64,000 nucleotides of DNA. Origin: Candidatus Multivoradales bacterium (GTDB taxonomy: Bacteria; Acidobacteriota; Thermoanaerobaculia; Multivoradales; Multivoraceae). Shown here piece by piece: positions 49,748 through 58,923 of the stretch. The notes beneath the pieces are model-generated. The model searched no databases and had not been told where the DNA came from. It was given only the letters and a program-made list of their open reading frames with translations. The number at the start of each line of letters is the position of its first letter. Within the stretch, counting starts at the first letter, position 1. The translations under genes and the position numbers were made by a program. The stretch lies in contig CBDCWI010000002.1 in assembly GCA_965223325.1 (NCBI GenBank), positions 3,392,001-3,456,000 of the forward strand, written 5' to 3'.

Positions 49748-50841
49748 CTTTCGCCGAGGTGGGCAAGCGGCAGGCGACTTGCCGCATTCCCTAGACGGGG
49801 GTCGTCCGCGAAGCCATGGCGCTGCCGTTGAAGCGCCGCCCAGGCGATCATCGCCGCGTTGTCCCCACTCCAAACAAGTGGCACCAGGAACAGCTCCACG
49901 CCGCGCCGCTTGGCCCACGCTTTGACCCGCCGGCGCAAAAGTGCGTTGGCGGCCGCACCGCCCGACACCGCCAAGCGGCGGATTCTCTGTCGCCGGGAAA
50001 GACGCTCGAGGCGCTCGAGCAACTGACCGACAGCCGCCTCGCGAAAGCCGGCAAGCAAGGCCAGCGCCTCAGTGCTACTGGTGATCGCCTCACGACCTCT
50101 CCCACGGAGACTCCCCGCCGCCTCGAGGCGTTCGATGTCGACCAGCGCCTGAGTCTTGAGGCCCGAGTAGGAAAAGTCGAGCGTGTCGCCACAACGTCCG
50201 ACCTTGAAGGGGTGTTCGTCAGCATTGCCGGATTCGGCCAGGCGATCGACCTCCGGCCCTGCTGGGAAGCCGAGCCCGAGGCGCTTCCCAACCTTGTCGA
50301 AGCACTCCCCCATGGCGTCGTCGCGAGTCTCGCCGAGAGTCTCCACGGCCGTGCCTTCGACCCGGTAGAGGGCAGTATGACCACCTGAAACCACCAGACC
50401 GAAAAAACGGTTCGGTGGCGGCTCCGAAGGCCCTGTCTCTCGCAGGAACGGCGACAGCAGGTGGCCCTCGAGGTGATGAACGGCGTGAAAGGACAGGCCG
50501 CGCGCCCAGGCCGCCGCGCGACCCAGCGACAGCCCCACCAGCAGGGAGCCGAGAAGCCCTGGCCCGCGGGTGGCGGCCACCGCACTCACGTCGGCCCAGG
50601 TAATGCCGGCTTGCGAGAAGGCTCCTTCTTCCACCGTTGGCCAGTTCAAGAGGTGCTGACGCGACGCGATCTCCGGCACCACGCCGCCGTATTGCTCGTG
50701 AACCAGCTGGCTCGAAACCACCGAGCTCAGAACGGTGCCCTGTCCATCGAGAACCGCACACGCTGTGTCGTCGCACGACGTCTCGATGCCGACGACGAAC
50801 CCGGCGCCCCTGTCCCCGCCTTTCACGTTCGGGTTTCTCAC
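49744..50841 (-). CDS. tsaD: tRNA N6-threonylcarbamoyltransferase complex subunit TsaD
   Basis: GIETSCDDT, YGGVVPEIASR.H, GPGL, HHLEGH, VSGGHT, FSYSGLKT, DNAAMIA. Confidence 0.95.
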   Translation of the reverse strand: MRNPNVKGGDRGAGFVVGIETSCDDTACAVLDGQGTVLSSVVSSQLVHEQYGGVVPEIASRQHLLNWPTVEEGAFSQAGITWADVSAVAATRGPGLLGSLLVGLSLGRAAAWARGLSFHAVHHLEGHLLSPFLRETGPSEPPPNRFFGLVVSGGHTALYRVEGTAVETLGETRDDAMGECFDKVGKRLGLGFPAGPEVDRLAESGNADEHPFKVGRCGDTLDFSYSGLKTQALVDIERLEAAGSLRGRGREAITSSTEALALLAGFREAAVGQLLERLERLSRRQRIRRLAVSGGAAANALLRRRVKAWAKRRGVELFLVPLVWSGDNAAMIAWAALQRQRHGFADDPRLGNAASRLPLAHLGES

Positions 50842-50920
50842 CGGTGAATCATAGTCAGCCCGCCCGTGCGCTTCGCTATGCTTCGCCGACTTCTACATCC
50901 CTCGCGGAGCTGTTCTCGTC

Positions 50921-52207
50921 ATGACCCAGAACACGACGACTGGCCGTCTTCCTGGCCTCGATGACTTGCCCGCTGACCTCTCTGGGCAGACGGTCTTCGT
51001 GCGCGTCGATTTCAACGTGCCGATGGATGGTGCCGTCATCATCGATGACGCGCGCGTACGCCAAGCGCTCCCGACTCTCGGTGCTCTCCAGAAGCGAGGT
51101 GCGCGGCTCGTCGTGGCTTCGCATCGCGGGCGGCCCAAAGGTGAGAGGAGCGCCGAGCTTTCCCTGGCACCGGTCGCCACCAGGCTGGCCGAGCTCATGG
51201 CCCAAGCCACAGCAAGTGAAGGGCCCGGGGTTCTCTTCTGCAGCGACTGCATTGGAGATGCCCGGTCAGAGGCCCTCCGGAACCTCGCGCCGGGCGCCGT
51301 GTTGCTGCTCGAGAACCTTCGCTTCCATACGGGCGAAGAGGCGAACGATCCCCGGTTTGCTGCCGATCTCGCCCGCGGCTGCGACATCTATGTCAACGAC
51401 GCCTTCGGGTCGGCCCATCGCGCTCACGCTTCGGTGTCGGCGATCACCCGACTGTTCGACTCCGGCAGGACGGCGGCCGGCCAACTGATGCAACGCGAGG
51501 TCGAAGAGCTCAGCGCCCTGTTGGTGAAACCAGAGCGGCCCTTTGTCGCCGTCCTCGGCGGTGCCAAAATCTCGGGCAAGATCGACACCCTCTCCCATCT
51601 GGTCGAAACGGTCGATGCCCTGGTGATCGGCGGCGCGATGGCCAACACCTTCCTGCTCGCCGACGGAGCAGGTGTGGGCCGTTCGCTGGTGGAAGAGACC
51701 CGCACCGGCGACGCACTCCACATCCGCTCCCGAGCAGAGGAGCGTGGGATCGACCTTCTCCTGCCCGTCGATCTGGTGGTCACGGACCAACTGGGTGAAC
51801 CTGCCAACACCGCGCGACTCGCCGAGACCGTTGACGCTTCGGTGGTGCCCGCCGATCGTCTAGCCGTCGACATCGGTCCCGCGACGCGAAGGTCATTTCG
51901 GGCGGCCATTGATGGGGCCCGCTCGGTCTTCTGGAACGGCCCGATGGGGGTCTTCGAGGTACCCGAGTTCTCGCACGGGACCCGGGCGATCGCGGAAGCA
52001 GTCGGCGCAACCGCCGGCTACACCATTGTCGGCGGTGGCGAGACTGCAGCCGCGGCCCGTGCGGCCGGGGTCGAGGAAGCGATCGACTGGGTGTCGACCG
52101 GCGGCGGCGCATCCCTCGAGCTGCTCGCCGGCCAGGATCTTCCTGGCGTCGAGGCACTTCGCCCTGGAAACGAATCGGCGGACGAATCTCCAGGAGATGC
52201 ATCGTGA
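50921..52207 (+). CDS. pgk: Phosphoglycerate kinase
   Basis: RVDFNVP, LLENLRF, NDAFG.AHRAHAS, WNGPMGVFE, STGGGASLE. Confidence 0.97.
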   Translation: MTQNTTTGRLPGLDDLPADLSGQTVFVRVDFNVPMDGAVIIDDARVRQALPTLGALQKRGARLVVASHRGRPKGERSAELSLAPVATRLAELMAQATASEGPGVLFCSDCIGDARSEALRNLAPGAVLLLENLRFHTGEEANDPRFAADLARGCDIYVNDAFGSAHRAHASVSAITRLFDSGRTAAGQLMQREVEELSALLVKPERPFVAVLGGAKISGKIDTLSHLVETVDALVIGGAMANTFLLADGAGVGRSLVEETRTGDALHIRSRAEERGIDLLLPVDLVVTDQLGEPANTARLAETVDASVVPADRLAVDIGPATRRSFRAAIDGARSVFWNGPMGVFEVPEFSHGTRAIAEAVGATAGYTIVGGGETAAAARAAGVEEAIDWVSTGGGASLELLAGQDLPGVEALRPGNESADESPGDAS

Positions 52208-52977
52208 CCCAACGAACTCGCCTGATCGCAGCAAACTGGAAAATGAACCACCTGCGGGCCGACGCTCTCGGCTACGCCAGAACGCTGGCCGACGACTTCG
52301 AGGAAGCCGGCGTGCCCGCGGTCGACGTGGTGGTCTTCCCGCCAGCGACCGCGCTCGCCGCCATGGCCGACGCCGTCGCGCCACTCTCCGCCAGCACGAT
52401 GGTCGGCGGCCAGGACGTACATCCCCAAGAGAGTGGTGCTCACACCGGGGACCTGTCGGCGGCCATGTTGGTCGACGCGGGAGCGCGTTGGGCGCTTTGC
52501 GGTCACAGCGAACGACGGCGCGACCACGGCGAAACCTCGGAGTGGATCGCCGCCAAGACCCGCGCCGCCCGCGACGCTGGGTTGGCAGTCATGCTGTGCA
52601 TTGGTGAAACCCTGGCCGAGCGCGACGGCGGGACGATGACCGATGTCCTCACTGCCCAGCTGGCACCGATCGACCTCGAGTCCTGGACTGCCGAGCACCT
52701 CGCTATCGCATACGAGCCAGTCTGGGCGATCGGTACCGGACGCACCGCCAGCCCCGCCCAGGCCCAGGAGGCGCACCGTTTCATCCGCCAGGAGCTCGCC
52801 AGGCGAGGCTTCTCCCGGCTCGCCGACACCTGCCGCCTGCTCTATGGAGGGTCAGTAAAACCGGGCAATTGCGAGGATCTGATCGCCCTGGAAGACGTCG
52901 ACGGTTTTCTGATCGGTGGCGCAGGGCTTGATCCCAGGAGCTTCCTCGATATCATTCGCCGTTGCGACGTGGTCTGA
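52204..52977 (+). CDS. tpiA: Triosephosphate isomerase
   Basis: ANWKMN, GHSERR, AYEPVWAIGTG, YGGSV. Confidence 0.97.
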   Translation: MTQRTRLIAANWKMNHLRADALGYARTLADDFEEAGVPAVDVVVFPPATALAAMADAVAPLSASTMVGGQDVHPQESGAHTGDLSAAMLVDAGARWALCGHSERRRDHGETSEWIAAKTRAARDAGLAVMLCIGETLAERDGGTMTDVLTAQLAPIDLESWTAEHLAIAYEPVWAIGTGRTASPAQAQEAHRFIRQELARRGFSRLADTCRLLYGGSVKPGNCEDLIALEDVDGFLIGGAGLDPRSFLDIIRRCDVV

Positions 52978-53097
52978 GATCCGTAGCCGCCGGAGGCGTC
53001 CACTCCATCTTTCCATCTACGCGCGGGTGCCCTGTCGCTCGAGTTTGCATGCCGAGTCACGGGCCGCCGCGCGTCGCCGATCCTTAAGGGGTTCGAA

Positions 53098-53556
53098 GTG
53101 TTTAGCGCTCTTACAGTTCTGCTCTACACCGTCCATGTGGTGGTGTCGCTTTTTCTCATCCTGGTCGTGCTCTTGCAGCAAGGCTCGGGGGCCGACCTAT
53201 CGGTCTTCGGCGGAGGGGCATCGCAGGCGGCCTTCGGTGCGCGCGGCGCAGCCAACATCCTGCACCGGCTCACGGTTGCCTGCTTCGTGGTGTTCATCGT
53301 CACCACGCTCTCAATCGGCCTGGTTCAAGGTCGTGAGTCGGGCTTCCTGAGTGCAGGAGACGCACCGGAAGTGACCGAAGGCGCCGTCGAGGATCTCGCT
53401 GGCACCGCAGCAGCGACGGCTGACGAAGCCGCGACGGCGGTCGAAGGCGCCGCCAGTGACGCGGCCGACGCCGTTCCCGACGCGGTCGCAACGCCAGCCG
53501 AAGCGGCGACCGAAGCACCGGCGGCAACAGACGACTCCTCCGGCGACGGAGGCTAA
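53098..53556 (+). CDS. secG: Preprotein translocase subunit SecG
   Basis: LILVVLLQQG.GADL..FGGG; two TM helices; conserved tpiA-secG-tRNA-Leu synteny. Confidence 0.92.
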   Translation: MFSALTVLLYTVHVVVSLFLILVVLLQQGSGADLSVFGGGASQAAFGARGAANILHRLTVACFVVFIVTTLSIGLVQGRESGFLSAGDAPEVTEGAVEDLAGTAAATADEAATAVEGAASDAADAVPDAVATPAEAATEAPAATDDSSGDGG

Positions 53557-53560
53557 GGTT

Positions 53561-53599
53561 AGAGCCTCCGATCGGGGCCTCCGATCAGAGCCTCCGAAC
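53561..53599. repeat. 13-bp tandem repeat (3 copies)
   Basis: AGAGCCTCCGATC GGGGCCTCCGATC AGAGCCTCCGAAC just upstream of the tRNA-Leu -10 box (TGCTACACT, 53611). Confidence 0.55.
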
Positions 53600-53686
53600 G
53601 GACAGTGGTCTGCTACACTGCGCCGTCGTTCGCGGGGCGAGCTCCTCTCTCGACCTGATCAACGCGACGCAGAGGAGAGTTCAAAA

Positions 53687-53771
53687 GCCGAAGTGGCGGA
53701 ATTGGTAGACGCGCACGGTTGAGGGCCGTGTGGGGCGACCCGTGTCGGTTCGAGTCCGACCTTCGGCACCA
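53687..53771 (+). tRNA. tRNA-Leu (GAG)
   Basis: GCCGAAG/CTTCGGC acceptor, CACGG-TT GAG GG-CCGTG anticodon arm, long variable arm, GTTCGAGTC, CCA. Confidence 0.96.
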
Positions 53772-53818
53772 TCTCTCTGTGCAGCAGCCACCTCGGACCC
53801 GGAGCGCTAGCGGCGGTT

Positions 53819-54454
53819 CTACTCGACGACCTTGGCCGAGGTGATCACCACGTCTTCGGTGGGCGCATTGCGGTGTGGACCCCGCGGAGCGGTCTTGGTT
53901 TCGGCGATCGCGTCGACCACCGCCATGCCCTCGACGACTTGGCCAAACACCGCGTAGCCCCAACCTTGCGCACTCTTCTCCATGTGATCGAGGCTCTGGC
54001 TGTTGTCGCCGTGGTTGATGTAGAACTGGGCCGTCGCGCTGTGCGGATCGGGGGTGCGCGCCATCGCGATGGTACCGCGAACATTGGAGAGGCCATTGTC
54101 GGCTTCGTTCTGAATCGCAGCACTGGTGATCTTCTTGTCGTAGCCGACATCGAAACCACCGCCCTGAATCATGAAGTCCTTGATCACGCGGTGGAAGACG
54201 GTACCGTTGTAGAAGCCGTTCTTGACGTAGGAGAGGAAATTCTCCGTCGACAGCGGCGCCCTGGCGGCATCAAGCTCGACGACGATCGTGCCGAGCGTCG
54301 TCTCGAGGGCAACCCGTGGATTCGACGGCGCTTCAGTCTCTTCTGCAACGGCAGGACTCCACCCCACCAGGGCGGCCACGAGGAGAGCGACCGCGGTCAT
54401 GAGAACCAGGCGAAGGCTGAGGGGTTGGAAGGTGGTGATAGTCGGCTGAGCCAT
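53819..54454 (-). CDS. Cyclophilin-type peptidyl-prolyl isomerase (exported)
   Basis: [42 protein letters not shown]; signal peptide. Confidence 0.95.
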   Translation of the reverse strand: MAQPTITTFQPLSLRLVLMTAVALLVAALVGWSPAVAEETEAPSNPRVALETTLGTIVVELDAARAPLSTENFLSYVKNGFYNGTVFHRVIKDFMIQGGGFDVGYDKKITSAAIQNEADNGLSNVRGTIAMARTPDPHSATAQFYINHGDNSQSLDHMEKSAQGWGYAVFGQVVEGMAVVDAIAETKTAPRGPHRNAPTEDVVITSAKVVE

Positions 54455-54597
54455 GGCGTCGGTCTCCGTTTCTGTATCGTGAACTGTGTTTGGGTAAGGC
54501 TTCTCGGGTGAGCGGGCGATTCTGTGCATCGCGATCGACAGGCGGTCGTCGCTTCCGGGATGCTAGTTCAGATCGTGCTGAATGAGGCAACGCACCG

Positions 54598-54688
54598 CAG
54601 CTCACGGCAGGTAGCGACCTGGCTCGAACTTCGCCAACAGAGCAACATTGAAGGCCCTTCGAGTCTTCCCGTCACGCAGGAAGAGCGC
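54598..54688 (+). promoter_or_regulatory. Candidate structured leader (Moco-riboswitch-like) upstream of mobA
   Basis: Consecutive hairpins CAGGT-AGCG-ACCTG, TTGAAG-GCC-CTTCGA and TCTTCC-N9-GGAAGA; the last covers the RBS. Confidence 0.3.
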
Positions 54689-54691
54689 AAC

Positions 54692-55363
54692 ATGACCGCA
54701 AACAATCCACTCACTGGAGTCGTGCTCGCCGGCGGGTCCTCGCGACGGTTTGGCCGCGACAAAGCGCTGCTCGAGCTCCCCGAGAAGGCCAGTTGGCTGG
54801 CACCGGCCGGCACCACCATGCTCGATTGGTCGGCCCAACGTCTACGCTCCGCCCTCCAGTTGGCGCGCCCACCAGCCGAGCCCGAGGTCCTGGTCGCCAG
54901 GCGTGACGGTGAGCTTCGCGGGAATCTCACCCCGGTTCCCGATGGCCCAGGCAAAGGTCCGGTCGCTGGCATCCTGGGAGCAGCCGCCGCCCGTCCGGGC
55001 CACGGGCTTCTGGTTCTCGCTTGTGATCTCCCGCTGGTGCCCGTTGAGCTGCTCGCCGAGCTGGCGGCCGGAGGGGGAGACTGGTACGTACCGCGCGACA
55101 GTGGCGGGCTTCAGCCCCTGTGCTCGCGATGGGGGCCGCGTGCACTCTCTGCCCTGGCGGAACGCGTCGCCAGTGGAGTGTTCGGCCTCTCCAGCCTGGC
55201 TGAGGGAGCCGATGGCGATCTCGACATCCGGTTCCTGGCAGGCGAAGAGTTGGCGGACTGGGAGAAGCAACAGCACCCTCTGCCGCTCTTCTTGAACTGC
55301 AACCAGCCAGACGAATGGGATCGCATTGTGCGCAGTACGCCCCCGCGCAGGACCTCGGCCTAG
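54692..55363 (+). CDS. mobA: Molybdenum cofactor guanylyltransferase
   Basis: GVVLAGGSSRRFGRDKA, GPVAGI, LACDLP, QPLC, F.N.N.P. Confidence 0.88.
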   Translation: MTANNPLTGVVLAGGSSRRFGRDKALLELPEKASWLAPAGTTMLDWSAQRLRSALQLARPPAEPEVLVARRDGELRGNLTPVPDGPGKGPVAGILGAAAARPGHGLLVLACDLPLVPVELLAELAAGGGDWYVPRDSGGLQPLCSRWGPRALSALAERVASGVFGLSSLAEGADGDLDIRFLAGEELADWEKQQHPLPLFLNCNQPDEWDRIVRSTPPRRTSA

Positions 55364-55785
55364 GAGCCCGTGCCGGCGGACTCGTCGGGAGGGACCGGCT
55401 CGCCATCGACCATCAACGGGTCCCAGGTATCCGGCGCCTGAAACGGATTGCAGCGCAGCACCCGCCAAGTGGCGGCGAGTGAACCCCGCAAGGTGCCGTG
55501 ATGAACCACCGCCGCCCGGCCGTAGGCGCTGCACGTCGGCCTGAACTTACAGCGCACCCCCGAGGCGGCAACACGCGGTGAGATGTGAGCGCGGTAGAAG
55601 TCGATGGCACCCACCAGGACCTGCGCGCTCCACTGATCGGGCGGCGGTCGCGTGACGTCGAAGGCGAAGAGAACGAACAGCAGGGCTCCCGCGACCACCA
55701 ACCGTCGCCCCCAGCGCGGCGAGCGCATTGCGGGCGTCGGGTCTTCGAGTCGTGGTCCGGCATCAGCTGCCGCGGAAGGCTTCAC
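55360..55785 (-). CDS. yidD: Membrane protein insertion efficiency factor YidD
   Basis: Y...ISP....CKFRPTCS.Y...RVLRCNPF; start uncertain. Confidence 0.85.
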   Translation of the reverse strand: MKPSAAADAGPRLEDPTPAMRSPRWGRRLVVAGALLFVLFAFDVTRPPPDQWSAQVLVGAIDFYRAHISPRVAASGVRCKFRPTCSAYGRAAVVHHGTLRGSLAATWRVLRCNPFQAPDTWDPLMVDGEPVPPDESAGTGS

Positions 55786-55796
55786 CGTTCTCTCGG

Positions 55797-56231
55797 TCAG
55801 AAACGATCGGCGAACCCGCTCACTCCTGGTACCACGAGCCGTTGGTCGTTGACTGCGCGCACCGCGGCAACGACGTGCACAACGAGGATCGCGAGAGCGA
55901 TCACCGGCACAACGAAGCAACCGAGACAGCTGGCGCCCGGTATCTGCGCCAACACACCGAGCACGATCCAGCCGAGGATCTCGGCCACGAAGAGCACCAA
56001 CCCGTTCTTGGCATGCCAGCGGGTCTCGTCGTCGAGGCCGTCGACCAGGAGAGGAATGCACGCCAGCGGTCCCATGTAGGCCAGCACCCGCATGAGGTTT
56101 CGCTGGCCATTGGCAGGAGGTGGCGGACCCGGTGGCGGTTCACCATCGGCAGGAGGACCGGGGGGCTCGGGCGGAACGGGTGGTTCCGGTGGCTCCGGCG
56201 GTGCTCCGGTTGGAGGGGTTGGGTCGCTCAT
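55797..56231 (-). CDS. DUF4870-like membrane protein with Pro-rich N-terminus
   Basis: VLAY.GPL..IP, RWHAK.GL, three TM helices. Confidence 0.65.
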   Translation of the reverse strand: MSDPTPPTGAPPEPPEPPVPPEPPGPPADGEPPPGPPPPANGQRNLMRVLAYMGPLACIPLLVDGLDDETRWHAKNGLVLFVAEILGWIVLGVLAQIPGASCLGCFVVPVIALAILVVHVVAAVRAVNDQRLVVPGVSGFADRF

Positions 56232-56326
56232 GTTGAACTCCTGGTTCTCTGTCGCCGGTCAATGGTTCCGGCAACGCGGGATCAGTCTACCCGGGTCACG
56301 AATCAATTTCGGGTGGTCTGCCATCG

Positions 56327-56962
56327 TCACTGACTGTCGTCGGGGCCCTCGGCACCGACTCCGATCTCGAGCAAGTGCTCTCGGAGCTCCTCGACTCGAT
56401 GTTGGTAGACCTCGAGCGTCATCGAAACCGCCTCGCCGTAGACGGCGTCTGCAATCACCACCGCTGGCGGATTGACGAGTCGCTTCACTCTTCCCACCTT
56501 GTCGTACGGAATGAGCATGGTCAGTTGTTTCACCGGCACAACCCAGCGGCGCGGCAGATCGGCTAGCAGGAGCCTGGCGGACCCTGCATAGGCCCGAGCG
56601 AGCCCACCCTTCCCGAGTTTGGTGCCGCCGAACCACCGCACCACAACGACCAGTACATCGTGGAGCTCCGCACCGCGCAGCACCTGCAAGATGGGTGGCC
56701 CGGCAGTACCGCGCGGCTCGCCGGCATCGTTCGAGCGCTCGCGTGCTTCTGGGCCGGCGCCCAGGCGCCAGGCCCAACAGTGGTGACTCGAGTCGGAGTG
56801 ACGCTGGGCGATATCGGCCAGGCGTTCAGCAACGGCGGCCTTCGAATCGACCGGGTAGAGGTAGCCGAGGAAGCGCGAGCCTTTTTCGCGAAGTTCAGCG
56901 ACCGCGCTGGCAGCCGGCGCCGCGTAGCGGCCGGGAACCGCCTCTTCCTCTGAAGCGGTCAC
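56327..56962 (-). CDS. YigZ/IMPACT family protein
   Basis: EKGSRF, HHCWAWR, NDAGEP.GTAG.PIL, VVRWFGGTKLG.GGL.RAY. Confidence 0.9.
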   Translation of the reverse strand: MTASEEEAVPGRYAAPAASAVAELREKGSRFLGYLYPVDSKAAVAERLADIAQRHSDSSHHCWAWRLGAGPEARERSNDAGEPRGTAGPPILQVLRGAELHDVLVVVVRWFGGTKLGKGGLARAYAGSARLLLADLPRRWVVPVKQLTMLIPYDKVGRVKRLVNPPAVVIADAVYGEAVSMTLEVYQHRVEELREHLLEIGVGAEGPDDSQ

Positions 56963-56963
56963 G

Positions 56964-58151
56964 TTAGCTACCGTGGACCGCCAAGGCCTCCAGATAGGCA
57001 TCGAGGTAGGCATCGACGACGCTTTCGCGATCGAAGTTATGCCCCGCCCAGTGCGCCGCCTCGGCTGACATGGCTCGGTGGCGATCGGCGTCACCGAGGA
57101 GCGCCACGGCATGAGCGGCCATCGCCTCGGTGTCACCAACCGAACACAAATAGCCGGTTTCACCGTGGCGCACGACCTCGGGCAGGCCGCCGATCTCGCT
57201 GGCGATGACGGGCACACCACATGCCAGCGCTTCGAGCGCCGCGAGGCCAAAGGACTCGCTCTCACTCGGCAGCAGGAACAAGTCGGCCCCGAGCAGCGCC
57301 TCCTCGACCCGCGGGAGCTGCCCGAGGACCGAGACAGCATCTTCCAGGCCTTGTTCGCGACACCACGCCAGCGCTTTCCCCTGGTCGGGACCGTCGCCGA
57401 CCAGCAGCAGCCGGGCGGGCAGCTGGTCTCGAACTCGCTTGAATACAGAGACGACGTCCGGAATGCGTTTGACCGAGCGGTAGTTCGAGACGTGGACGAT
57501 GAGTTTCTCGTCGCCCTGGCGATAGCGCTCGGCGGTCTTGCCCTGGCTGCGCGCTGCCTCGAGCTCTTCGGGATTGATATCGACGAAGTTCGGCACGACC
57601 AGAATTGGGCGGTCGACGCCGAGCTGCTGGGCGGTCGTACGGCGCAGCGAGTCTGAAACTGCCGTCACGACCTCACTCTCGTTGACGCTGAAACGAGTCG
57701 TTGCCAGGTAACTCGGATCGTTTCCCACCAGCGTCACGTCCGTTCCGTGAAGCGTCGTGATCACCGGCAACTGACGCTCCGGCGCCAGAATCTGGCGCGC
57801 GAGGACGGCAGAAACCGCATTGGGTACCGCGTAGTGAACGTGCATCAGGTCGAGCTCGTAACGTCTTGCGACGTCGACCATGGCGGTCGCCAGCGCAAGC
57901 GAATAGGGAGGGTGCTCGAACAAGGGGTAGGTGCGAACCTCGACCTGATGAAAGGTCACGTCGGCGTGCCCTGCCGCCAGGCGAAAAGGAACCGCCCAAC
58001 TCAGCACGTGGACTTCGTGGCCTCGATCGGCCATCGCCTTGGCGACTTCGCTCGCGACGACCCCCGAACCGCCGTAGGTCGGGTAGCAACTCACTCCGAT
58101 GCGCAGTGGCCGATCGACGCCTGGACGGCCGTTGCGAGTGCGCACTGCCAT
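56964..58151 (-). CDS. bshA: N-acetyl-alpha-D-glucosaminyl L-malate synthase
   Basis: CYPTYGGSGVVA, YPLF..PPY, HVHYAVP, TTLHGTD.TLVG, ESFGLAALEA. Confidence 0.93.
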   Translation of the reverse strand: MAVRTRNGRPGVDRPLRIGVSCYPTYGGSGVVASEVAKAMADRGHEVHVLSWAVPFRLAAGHADVTFHQVEVRTYPLFEHPPYSLALATAMVDVARRYELDLMHVHYAVPNAVSAVLARQILAPERQLPVITTLHGTDVTLVGNDPSYLATTRFSVNESEVVTAVSDSLRRTTAQQLGVDRPILVVPNFVDINPEELEAARSQGKTAERYRQGDEKLIVHVSNYRSVKRIPDVVSVFKRVRDQLPARLLLVGDGPDQGKALAWCREQGLEDAVSVLGQLPRVEEALLGADLFLLPSESESFGLAALEALACGVPVIASEIGGLPEVVRHGETGYLCSVGDTEAMAAHAVALLGDADRHRAMSAEAAHWAGHNFDRESVVDAYLDAYLEALAVHGS

Positions 58152-58155
58152 CGCT

Positions 58156-58923
58156 CTAGGGGAGACCCTGGGGAACGAGCGACAGGAGGTCGTCGATCGG
58201 TAGCGGGGTGAGCGTTTCGAAGGACTCGCCGTAACCAACACCGATCCGTTGGCCACACGCCCGAGCGCGCGCAGCGATCGACTCCCGAAACAATTGACCG
58301 CCAACTCGAGTCGGCGGCCTTCCATCCCCACCGGCCTGGTCATCTCCGCTGTGGGCCGCCGCCCAGAGTTGCGTGCGATAGGCATCGAGTGCCTGTTGGC
58401 GGGTATCCCAGACGTCGCTGACGTCAACGATGATCGAGGGTTCCACCGGCCAGTGCAGGGCATAGAAGAGAAGCTGACCCGGGCGATGAGGTTCACCGCC
58501 GCCTGCCACAACGCGCCGAATCAATCCGGCGTAGTAACAGGCATCTCTGGTTAAACGATGCGCCCGCTCATGATCGGGATGCCGATCGCACGCTCCGGGC
58601 GCGAGGACAAGCCGCGGCCGACGTAACCGGAGGCGCTCGATCAGGGCGTCTTCGCTGGCGCGATCGACACGCAGCCCGCCGTCGCCACAGTCGAGCACGT
58701 CGAGCGACACGGCCCCGAGAACACGGGCCGCCTCTTCTGCCTCGGCGATGCGCTCTTCGGGAGTTCCGCGGGTGCCCGCCTCGCCACGGGTGAGATGAAG
58801 AATGCCGACGCGATGGCCACGCCCCGACAGGGCAGCCAGGGTTCCGCCGCACCCGATCTCGACGTCGTCGGGGTGCGGGCCAACCGCCAGCACGTCAACC
58901 GTTGGGTCTTCGTTCGCCGTCAC
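58156..58923 (-). CDS. bshB1: Bacillithiol biosynthesis deacetylase BshB1 (PIG-L family)
   Basis: PHPDDVE.GCGG, LTRGE.GTRG, DRHPDH; located between bshC and bshA. Confidence 0.88.
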   Translation of the reverse strand: MTANEDPTVDVLAVGPHPDDVEIGCGGTLAALSGRGHRVGILHLTRGEAGTRGTPEERIAEAEEAARVLGAVSLDVLDCGDGGLRVDRASEDALIERLRLRRPRLVLAPGACDRHPDHERAHRLTRDACYYAGLIRRVVAGGGEPHRPGQLLFYALHWPVEPSIIVDVSDVWDTRQQALDAYRTQLWAAAHSGDDQAGGDGRPPTRVGGQLFRESIAARARACGQRIGVGYGESFETLTPLPIDDLLSLVPQGLP

